From: Burkholderia sp. Ax-1724
Lineage (GTDB): Bacteria; Pseudomonadota; Gammaproteobacteria; Burkholderiales; Burkholderiaceae
Assembly (NCBI RefSeq): GCF_011752995.1
Contig: NZ_VWWL01000025.1
Span: forward strand, 28,523-60,522
Direction: 5' to 3'
Length of the DNA: 32,000 bases
Part shown: one piece after another, positions 10,885-18,187 of the stretch
Layout: the number at the start of each line of letters is the position of its first letter
How positions within the stretch are numbered: position 1 is the first letter of the stretch
The notes under the pieces: generated by a model
The model's database searches: none
Told to the model about the DNA's origin: nothing
The model's input: only the letters and a program-made list of their open reading frames with translations
Made by a program: the position numbers and the translations under genes

Positions 10885-11364
10885 TCATACAACCCGCGCC
10901 AATATCCTCCGCTGTGCCTGATACTGGACGTTCTGCGCATCGCCCTGCAGTTCCTCAAGCGCTTTCGTCAGCACGTCCTGATACATCGGTAACAGGGATG
11001 CCAACTGCTCGGTAACTCCGGCCTCGGCTGCCAGATTGAACACCAGTTTGTCATACCCCTCGAATCCGAAAAGTCGCCCCCGTATCGGCTTCAACACCCG
11101 TTGCCGATTGTCGTCACCCTCTTCCGCTATATCGATGTAACCGAGGTGTTGTAGGTCAAATGCAGCGCCGATGATTTGGCCCTGACTTCCGCCAAGGATG
11201 CAGCTCAACTCGTGAAGGGTCATGCCGGGAAATTTCCGGATCAGCCCCAAGGCTCGCGCAGCCATAGGCGTCATCTGCAATGCATGGCCTAGCGCCGATG
11301 CGCGGCAGCTTTCGTAGACAGACATGAACGTGTGGAACTGGGAAAGTGTATCGCTCGTTGTCAT
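10885..11364 (-). CDS. Winged-helix (MarR-like) protein, paralog B
   Basis: FHTFMSVYESCRASALGHALQ...GGSQGQIIGAAFDLQHLGYIDI. The internal ATG at 11364 (MTTSD...) is preferred over the track start at 11427. Confidence 0.6.
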   Translation of the reverse strand: MTTSDTLSQFHTFMSVYESCRASALGHALQMTPMAARALGLIRKFPGMTLHELSCILGGSQGQIIGAAFDLQHLGYIDIAEEGDDNRQRVLKPIRGRLFGFEGYDKLVFNLAAEAGVTEQLASLLPMYQDVLTKALEELQGDAQNVQYQAQRRILARVV

Positions 11365-11472
11365 AGGCTGTTGATTTTTCGGAATAAAATCTGCCGAGCG
11401 GCTTTTGCTTGTGCCCCGACCGCTCACGCAACCTCTGTACGATACGAAAACAGCCCTGAAAATTCAACCGTT

Positions 11473-11516
11473 TTGGAATTAAATATTCCCATTAGGGCGT
11501 TCATCGCAATTGGAAT
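11473..11516. promoter_or_regulatory. Operator-like TTGGAAT repeats in the divergent promoter region
   Basis: TTGGAAT at 11473 and 11510. GGAAT-TAAAT-ATTCC inverted repeat at 11475-11489. AT-rich intergenic region between the paralog B and XRE genes. Confidence 0.35.
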
Positions 11517-11536
11517 GAAGTCGACCATATCGTCCT

Positions 11537-11935
11537 ATGAACATTCATTCCGCTCACACACCCGACGACGCCCAAGACGCCCTCCTAGCTGCCCGCGTCG
11601 GTACCGCCATCGCCGAACAACGACGTGCTCGTGGACTGACCCAAGCCAAGCTTGCGGAGATGATCGACCTGGAGCAGGAAGCGATCAGTCGATGGGAGCG
11701 AGGAACGCGTGTACCGACGTTGCATCGGCTTCAACTACTCAGCGATGCCCTAGGCTGTTCGGTAGACCAACTATTGCAGCGTGGTTCGAAGCGGCCGGAC
11801 GACCAAGTAGCCGTGATCGCGGACGCACTTGAGGGTCTGGATAACGACGAGCGCCTGCTCGTCGTGAATTTCGTCCAGCAGTTAGCCGAGATGCTGAAAG
11901 CAAAGCATCGCAACAAGAGTACCCGGCGCAAGTAG
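11537..11935 (+). CDS. XRE-family helix-turn-helix transcriptional regulator
   Basis: IAEQRRARGLTQAKLAEMIDLEQEAISRWERGTRVPTLHRLQLLSDALGCSVDQLL is a classic HTH_3 pattern. Confidence 0.8.
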   Translation: MNIHSAHTPDDAQDALLAARVGTAIAEQRRARGLTQAKLAEMIDLEQEAISRWERGTRVPTLHRLQLLSDALGCSVDQLLQRGSKRPDDQVAVIADALEGLDNDERLLVVNFVQQLAEMLKAKHRNKSTRRK

Positions 11936-12276
11936 CAAGACTAGATTCGAAGACTATCAGGGCTGGGGCTCAAGCCGTGACAAGAGACCGAGTTCGGCCA
12001 GCCGACACACGGTGCAAGGGCCGTTTCAGGCTGGGTGCGGTCGACCGGACAGACGGCCGAAAGGCTTCGGACTTGTATCTTTAAACCAGACTAGCGCGGT
12101 AGAGTCCAATCGCCGTTAAGGCGACCAGACCGGCTCGCGCAGTTTGGTAGCGGCACTGCTTGGGACGCTTTGCTCGTCGGGCGCTGTACGATGACAGCGG
12201 GCTCGGCCCGCTTAGAGCTAGGCTCGTGGCGCGCACTGCGAGCGTTTGGGGTGAGACAATAGCACTGTAGAAATCG

Positions 12277-12933
12277 GTGGAAACGGAGCGCGAAGTGGAA
12301 AAGGAAAAGCGAAAGGTTGTCGTGCTGCATAGCGGTGGACTGGACTCCACTGTCTGCGTGCTACTTGCCCAGTCGCGCGGCCACGAAGTCGTTAGCCTCG
12401 GCGTCAGCTACAACCAGCATCACCACATCGAGCTGGACTACGCAGCAGCGCAGTGCGCTCGATTCGGCATTGAGCGGAAGATCGTGTCGGTCGCTTGGAG
12501 CAAGCCCGCACGGGAAATCCCAACAAACCGCTCAGTGGCCGAAATCAAGAAGGGGGTTTCGAGTGCGTTCCTTCCTGGGCGCAATGGGATTTTCCTCATG
12601 TTGGCTTCGGCCGAAGCTGCTGGAATTGGCGCCGAAGAAGTGTGGACAGGAATCAACTCGGTCGATTTCTCTGGCTATCCCGACTGCCGCCCCGAGTTCA
12701 TCACAAGTTTCAGAGAGATGCTCTCGTACGCCATTCCCAAGGGCCCAAAGCTCTCCGCGCCGCTGCAAAAGAAGTCGAAGCCTCAGATTGCAAGGCTCGC
12801 CCAGCGTCTGGGTTTGCAGCGCCATGAGACTTGGAGCTGCTACAGGCCAAAGATTGCGGAGGCTGGATTCGTGCCGTGCGGCGCGTGCGACGCGTGCAAG
12901 CTCCACGAGTTCGCGTGGCAGGGCCTTAAGTGA
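12277..12933 (+). CDS. QueC-like PP-loop ATPase (7-cyano-7-deazaguanine synthase family)
   Basis: VVVLHSGGLDSTV PP-loop, GRNGIFL, SCYRP and CGACDACK zinc-cysteine cluster. GTG starts at 12277 or 12295; the latter lies 5 nt after GGAG. Confidence 0.8.
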   Translation: METEREVEKEKRKVVVLHSGGLDSTVCVLLAQSRGHEVVSLGVSYNQHHHIELDYAAAQCARFGIERKIVSVAWSKPAREIPTNRSVAEIKKGVSSAFLPGRNGIFLMLASAEAAGIGAEEVWTGINSVDFSGYPDCRPEFITSFREMLSYAIPKGPKLSAPLQKKSKPQIARLAQRLGLQRHETWSCYRPKIAEAGFVPCGACDACKLHEFAWQGLK

Positions 12934-14168
12934 CGGCGTTCGAGGAGAAAACCCGCGTGAATACAGTTTGTTTAGTCGCCTGTACCAGCAGAAAGGGGGA
13001 TCAGCCGGCCACAGCCGAATTAATCTACCGGTCGCCGCTCTTCTCGGCTGCGCGCAGCTACGCCGAACGGCGCGCTGACCAGTGGTTCATCCTTTCCGCA
13101 AAGCACGGGCTGCTGTCCCCCGGAGACGTAATTGCCCCTTACAACGAGTCGCTCTTGAATCAAAGCGAGGCACAACGACAGGCTTGGGCTGCCGGTGTCC
13201 ATAGAGCCTTCGGTGCGCGCGTGCCCGCCGGGGGGCGCGTCATATTTCTGGCTGGATCCGCGTATCGCTCATATCTTGTCCCTGCATTTGAATCAGAAGG
13301 CCGTGAAACTGCAGCGCCGATGTCGGCGCTGGGAATTGGTAGTCAAGTAGCTTGGCTGCAGAAAGTCGAAAGCGAACACGCACGCCTGTCGCATATTGAT
13401 CGCTTCTATGCGCTTCTGGCACGTGTTGCTGCTTTGAATACCGGTTTGAGCCGAAAACTATCTCAGCAGACAGCCGCGTCTGTTCGACACAAACGCGGCA
13501 TCTACTTCTTCTTTGAAGACGGCGAGATGCGCATGACTGCGCCATTCCAGCACCGAGTTGTTCGAATCGGCACTCATGCGGTCAGCGAAGGGTCAAAGGC
13601 CACCCTGTGGAACCGCCTCCGCACTCACCGTGGCGGAGGCGACGGTCTCGGCAATCACCGGGGATCGGTCTTTCGCCTTCACGTGGGCGAATCCCTCATA
13701 CGACGTGGAAAGCTCGAGCCAATCTTCCCGACGTGGGGCAAGGGGCAGTCTGCATCGGCCGACGTCCGCTCGGCGGAGGAAGAGATTGAGCTCGCAGTCT
13801 CTAAGCACATTGGAGAGATGCAAGTAGCATGGCTGGAGGTGCCTGACACATCGTCGGCGGATAGTGATCGCGGCTACTTGGAAAGGAATTTCATTGCGCT
13901 CCTAGCAGGCCCAACGGGGCCGCTGGATCAGCCAAGTGGGAACTGGCTTGGCCGCTGGAGCACTCGTGAAGCCGTCACAAGCTCAGGGCTCTGGAACGTC
14001 AATCACGTTTACGAGAAATTTGATGCAACGTCTCTAGACGTATTCGAACAACACATTGAAATCGCTGAGGGACGACGTGCGAGAACAGAGCAGTCGTTAG
14101 CTCCGAGTGGATGGCGCCTGCGCATCAAAGAACGCGAAAACGCGAGTGGCCAAATTGATTTGCTATAG
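12930..14168 (+). CDS. Two-domain protein: N-terminal DUF6884-like domain fused to a GIY-YIG-like nuclease domain
   Basis: N-terminus: VCLVACTSRK...WFILSAKHGLLSPGDVIAPYN. C-terminus: GIYFFFEDG...VVRIGTH...LWNRLRTH...FRLHVGESL. The GTG at 12930 overlaps the QueC-like stop (GTGA). An alternative GTG at 12957 lies 8 nt after GAGGAG. Confidence 0.65.
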   Translation: MTAFEEKTRVNTVCLVACTSRKGDQPATAELIYRSPLFSAARSYAERRADQWFILSAKHGLLSPGDVIAPYNESLLNQSEAQRQAWAAGVHRAFGARVPAGGRVIFLAGSAYRSYLVPAFESEGRETAAPMSALGIGSQVAWLQKVESEHARLSHIDRFYALLARVAALNTGLSRKLSQQTAASVRHKRGIYFFFEDGEMRMTAPFQHRVVRIGTHAVSEGSKATLWNRLRTHRGGGDGLGNHRGSVFRLHVGESLIRRGKLEPIFPTWGKGQSASADVRSAEEEIELAVSKHIGEMQVAWLEVPDTSSADSDRGYLERNFIALLAGPTGPLDQPSGNWLGRWSTREAVTSSGLWNVNHVYEKFDATSLDVFEQHIEIAEGRRARTEQSLAPSGWRLRIKERENASGQIDLL

Positions 14169-14176
14169 AGGGGAGC

Positions 14177-15844
14177 ATGACCAAGGAAAAAGAAAACGAT
14201 AAGGATTTTTGCGATCTGCTGAAGCAGTACCCCCGTGCCATCGTGCATTTGCGATCTCAAGTCCGCAAGCATCGCTTCGGCACGATCCTTGGAGCAGGAA
14301 TCAGCGTCGATTTCGGCGCTCCTCAGTGGGGTAAATTAATCAATGACATTGCTTCTGATCCCCAGGTGGACGCAAAAGACGTAGTGGAAGGTAACGCGTT
14401 CAAGAACATGGCTGCGCCCTACCAGACCGAAATTCTCTATCAAAAGTTTCGAGCCGCGTTTTTTGGGAAGTCGACCGAACTATCCCCTGCGGAGGAGCAG
14501 AACACTGCAACGGCAGCGTGGCTCACCATTTGCCAAAAATATTTATACAAAACACCACCAATTGACATAGCCGCTGAGCTGCCGAAGCATCCGTACATGG
14601 AAGCACTGATTCCGCTCGTTCAAGATAGCGCACTAACCGTTAATTTTAACTTCGACGACTATCTCGAGCGAGCGCTCGCCGAAAGGAAACGCGAAAAAGA
14701 CAAGGGCAATCGCGGCTTCGAGGTCGTCACTGATCCTTGGCCACAATTTCGGCGGCAAGACTGTGTGATTTATCATCTGCATGGGTATGTTCCTGCAGGT
14801 CTAATGGAAAAAACGGTCGACCGATTTGTCTTTTCAGAGGCGTCATATTCAAAGCAATACGTCGGAGCGCGCGGCCATGACTCGTCATTTCTTCTTACAC
14901 ACTTCGCCAGAAACACCTGCCTGCTCGTGGGCTGCTCGCTAGAAGCTGAACTTAGAAACGTGTTAATGCGTGGCGCCGAAACAAATCCCGGCAACTTCCA
15001 CTATTATTGCCACTGGATTCCGACTAAGGACACACTTTCCAAGGTCGAGCGGCAGCTAATTTCCGAGACAAATTTCAAAGTTTACAATCTTATAACTCTT
15101 TTTCTGACATCCTCAGAAATCAGGTTATTGCTAAAGCTAATTAATGAAGGTGAGATTTCGGAAGGCAAGCTTAAGGACTTGGCGACACGCAGCGCTACTC
15201 CCCTGAAATACACTTTCTATATGACTGGCTCCATTGGGGTTGGCAAGAGTACGACCACCAGCCATCTCCGCAATTTGAACGTTTTGGACGAGTGGCTCGA
15301 ACCTCGACCCGAGGTGTTAAGCATCCCTTGGGACAAGCTGGCGGACGATCAGAGAGCCTTCGCGGATGAATGGATCGCAAGTCAATTTACGCAAAAGAAT
15401 GACACGCTCAGGCACGAGGAAAATGCCGTGATCAGTGTCGTTGACCGCCCGCCGCTCGACCCACTAGTTTTCACGCCCGAGAGCGAAAGGTCCGCCAAGG
15501 CAAAATTTCTAGCAGATCACCTTTGCCCTGATGACGGACACGGCGGCTACGGCATCGAGAAAGGTGTCGTTATCCTCCTGCTGGGTGACCCCAAAGAGCT
15601 GTCTGCTCGGGTACGTGCCACCGGCAGACAAGAATATACCGCAGGAAAGTTGGAGCGAATGCAGAAAGACATGAAGGCACTGTATCAATCCATGCCGGGA
15701 ACCATCATGATCGATACGCAGTTCATGAGTATCGCGGAGTTAACGAAGCGAGTCGCCGAGGTCATCCACCGTCAGGAATATGTGCCAGCGGATTTGACTA
15801 CAAAGCTGCGGAGCTACATTGGAGCAGGCAGTGGACCGGTTTGA
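14177..15844 (+). CDS. SIR2-like (SIR2_2 type) domain fused to a deoxynucleoside/dNMP-kinase-like P-loop domain
   Basis: SIR2 part: ILGAGISVDFGAPQWGKL, NFNFDDYLE, VIYHLHGYV, LLVGCSLEAE. Kinase part: MTGSIGVGKSTTT Walker A, VVDRPPLDPLVF, LSARVRATGRQEY lid-like motif. AGGGGAG SD. Confidence 0.75.
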   Translation: MTKEKENDKDFCDLLKQYPRAIVHLRSQVRKHRFGTILGAGISVDFGAPQWGKLINDIASDPQVDAKDVVEGNAFKNMAAPYQTEILYQKFRAAFFGKSTELSPAEEQNTATAAWLTICQKYLYKTPPIDIAAELPKHPYMEALIPLVQDSALTVNFNFDDYLERALAERKREKDKGNRGFEVVTDPWPQFRRQDCVIYHLHGYVPAGLMEKTVDRFVFSEASYSKQYVGARGHDSSFLLTHFARNTCLLVGCSLEAELRNVLMRGAETNPGNFHYYCHWIPTKDTLSKVERQLISETNFKVYNLITLFLTSSEIRLLLKLINEGEISEGKLKDLATRSATPLKYTFYMTGSIGVGKSTTTSHLRNLNVLDEWLEPRPEVLSIPWDKLADDQRAFADEWIASQFTQKNDTLRHEENAVISVVDRPPLDPLVFTPESERSAKAKFLADHLCPDDGHGGYGIEKGVVILLLGDPKELSARVRATGRQEYTAGKLERMQKDMKALYQSMPGTIMIDTQFMSIAELTKRVAEVIHRQEYVPADLTTKLRSYIGAGSGPV

Positions 15845-16295
15845 TCACGACCGGCCGCTCGTGTACCTCGCGGCTCCCCTCTTTTCAGAGGCTGAACTCG
15901 ACTTCAACCGCACTCTGGCAGAGCGCATTGAGGCAAGCCTGGATGTCTATCTACCGCAAAGAGACGGCGGCAAGCTCGTTGATCTTCTCGCCTGCGGAGT
16001 GGAGAGACAAGCAGCCTACAAGTCGATTTTCGACCGCGACTTGCGAGCTCTCGAGGCTGCCTGCGCTCTAATTATCGTGCTAGATGGACGTGCGATTGAC
16101 GAAGGCGCAGCCTTCGAACTCGGGTATGCCTATGCCCATTCGAAGCTGTGCTTCGGTCTCCAAACTGATCCGCGACGTTTAGTGCCGGCAGGAAACAATC
16201 CGATGATCGAAATGCCGCTGCAGAAGATTTTCCGCAGTATCGAGAGTGCCGGCGAGTGGGCCGACTCGTTCGCTCGTTTTCAGATAACGCTTTAA
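15819..16295 (+). CDS. Nucleoside 2-deoxyribosyltransferase-like protein
   Basis: VYLAAPLFSEAELDFN and IIVLDGRAIDEGAAFELGYAYA motifs. Start is TTG 15819 or GTG 15831 (6 nt after GGAG); both overlap the end of the SIR2-kinase gene. Confidence 0.75.
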   Translation: MEQAVDRFDHDRPLVYLAAPLFSEAELDFNRTLAERIEASLDVYLPQRDGGKLVDLLACGVERQAAYKSIFDRDLRALEAACALIIVLDGRAIDEGAAFELGYAYAHSKLCFGLQTDPRRLVPAGNNPMIEMPLQKIFRSIESAGEWADSFARFQITL

Positions 16296-16693
16296 CAGGC
16301 CGTCAATATTAAAAGCGCGGGTGCGCAGCGTTCCAGAAGCAAAGCCATTGGCAAAGCGCTAGCTTTTTTGAGGATCAAGGGAACGACGAGGCGATGTCCG
16401 CAGCAGCGGTCGACTTTACTCCGCCGCAGGTCGCGAGAGCCGCCGTTGAGATGGCATGCAGCGAATGTGCCCCCAAGGTCAGCCGTTCATAAGATGGCTG
16501 CCGCCTAGGTCGGTGCCGAACCACCGATCCGGGCGTTTGCTTACCAGATGTTACCGTGAGGCCGCCCATTGCAAGTGACCGACTCCTCAAGCTGCGATAG
16601 CAGCCTTTGCTCGCCGAAGCCAGAGATACCGCAATGGGTCGAGCTCAGCCGCCGGATGCTACAAGCTGAGTCTGAGATAGCGGCTTGTGCTTT

Positions 16694-16873
16694 TTACCGC
16701 ATAGACTCCATCGTACCGTGACTTCCGCAACGCAGGCACCCATCACTATGACTCCAATTGTGATTCGTGCAGCGATGATCTCGGCAGCCGACCGCGCCGC
16801 ACTTGGTACAGCGGTAGACGGTCCCGCTGTGTTGACCTGGTTGATTGGGGATACGACCGGGACAAATTGCCAT
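16694..16873 (-). CDS. Small Cys-rich zinc-ribbon-like protein (59 aa); not in the supplied ORF track
   Basis: Manual translation: MAICPGRIPNQPGQHSGTVYRCTKCGAVGCRDHRCTNHNWSHSDGCLRCGSHGTMESMR*. Two CxxC pairs. AGGAG SD 8 nt upstream of the ATG at 16873. Confidence 0.5.
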   Translation of the reverse strand: MAICPGRIPNQPGQHSGTVYRCTKCGAVGCRDHRCTNHNWSHSDGCLRCGSHGTMESMR

Positions 16874-16894
16874 GCGTGTTTCTCCTTCCGTTGA

Positions 16895-17137
16895 TTAGAC
16901 GCCCGCCACTCTGAACAGGTCTTGCTTCGTTGACGGCGCAAACCGGGTAATGCCGATGTGCCGATTGAAAAGCTGGACTGCTTTGTCAAAATACTGCTGA
17001 TCGGTCATCCGGCACATGTCCTGTCCGAGCGACCAGCCGCTACCGAGTACGTGCGTCAAGTCAGGTCTGTTTTCGCGCCTAAACCCGAGCGCAAACCGGC
17101 GACGTGCTTCTATCTGAGCAGGATTCGCACGGCTCAT
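16895..17137 (-). CDS. Hypothetical protein (80 aa), translationally coupled to the recombinase
   Basis: Its ATG overlaps the recombinase stop (ATGA). No motif recognised. Confidence 0.45.
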   Translation of the reverse strand: MSRANPAQIEARRRFALGFRRENRPDLTHVLGSGWSLGQDMCRMTDQQYFDKAVQLFNRHIGITRFAPSTKQDLFRVAGV

Positions 17138-17703
17138 CAGACTAGATCCACGGCCTTTCGCTGCATGTCGTCATTGACGTCGATATATCGCTGCGTAGTC
17201 GAAATGTCTCGATGACCTGCGAGCGACATCAACACGCGGACGCCGACGCCTTTGCTCGCGAGATTCGTTATGAACGAACGTCGGCCGGAATGGCTGCTCG
17301 CGCCGTGGATACCCGCTTCCTTATAGAGCCAGTGGAAATACTGACAGAGCGTGTTGGCCGTGAACCCCGCCCGCTTCTGCGTATAGAACAACGGGCCGTC
17401 AAGCTTCGGGGTCTTCAAGCTCGCAACATACGCGGCCAACTCGCGCCGCAATTTCTGCCCGAGGAAAACCGTGCGCGCATGCCGGCCCTTGGTCTGCTCT
17501 GGCGCAAGTCGAATTTCTGACTTGATCGAACCATCTGTATCAAGCACATCGCCCACAAGCAATGCAGCGACTTCGCCAACACGCATACCAGCCCAATGCG
17601 TCAGCAACACCATCGCTCGATTGCGCAGCGCATGCCGTCGCAACGAGATATAGGTCAACACCTGCTTGAGTTCCTTTTCCGTAAATGTCTTGGCCTGCTT
17701 CAT
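17137..17703 (-). CDS. Small tyrosine recombinase (catalytic domain only, about 188 aa)
   Basis: AGMRVGE (Arg), HSGRRSF (H-x-x-R) and GHRDISTTQRY (His/Tyr) catalytic signature. The ATG at 17703 (MKQAKTF) is preferred over 17718. Confidence 0.85.
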   Translation of the reverse strand: MKQAKTFTEKELKQVLTYISLRRHALRNRAMVLLTHWAGMRVGEVAALLVGDVLDTDGSIKSEIRLAPEQTKGRHARTVFLGQKLRRELAAYVASLKTPKLDGPLFYTQKRAGFTANTLCQYFHWLYKEAGIHGASSHSGRRSFITNLASKGVGVRVLMSLAGHRDISTTQRYIDVNDDMQRKAVDLV

Positions 17704-18187
17704 TTCGCCCCCGAACAAACAAAATCCATGTCCAGAGGATGTATTCTTTAGTTATACGGATCAACAAAGGAATGACATCGCGCAGATGTCAGAGGAAACA
17801 AGCGCTTACGCGATAACAAAAGGTTTTAGCAAAAACCTTTTATTTCGACCTGATGCCGAAATGGAATGTCGATTAAACCGACAAGTGCGAGCGCGCTGCT
17901 GCGGAAATTTCTTTCTAACAACGCCGTTGAAGTGGAAGCGGAAGTAAAGGGGGGAAGTGGAAGAGGAACGAATGTGATGTCGTCTGGTTATTTCTTATCA
18001 TATGTACTACTCGACATTTGTTCTTCGCCTTGCATCACATGTAGATATCTGTAATTTCTTCGAGCAGTTCTTCATCGAAATCTATAACCGTAGTAAATCA
18101 TTAAAGAGCCTCGCATGCAGAAGCTCTTCGTGTTGAAAGCTGCGAGGACATTTAGTCATCACGCAGCTAGGCGTTTCTGTCGGAACT

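Noticed and set aside
11936-12276. Possible preQ1 riboswitch or retron-type ncRNA upstream of the QueC-like gene.
   Set aside because: I could not find the preQ1-I/II consensus (a short hairpin followed by an A-rich tail with CUA). There is no reverse transcriptase nearby for a retron. It is kept only as a generic structured-leader observation.
12317-13078. 253-aa alternate-frame ORF overlapping the QueC-like gene.
   Set aside because: Its translation is Ser/Arg/Ala-rich with no motifs, while the 12277 frame has the PP-loop and Cys cluster.
16296-16690. ORFs 16375-16590 (minus) and 16645-16989 (minus), and a 32-aa plus-strand ORF, in the gap after the NDT-like gene.
   Set aside because: None has an SD or motifs, and the sequences are compositionally odd. 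The only convincing gene in this stretch is the 59-aa zinc-ribbon ORF in another frame. The rest may be decayed remnants.
17719-18187. Invertible (fim-like) switch next to the FimB-sized tyrosine recombinase.
   Set aside because: Only short inverted repeats of 7-8 bp are visible (for example ATGTGATG/CATCACAT and CCTCGCA/TGCGAGG). That is not enough to call an invertible element.
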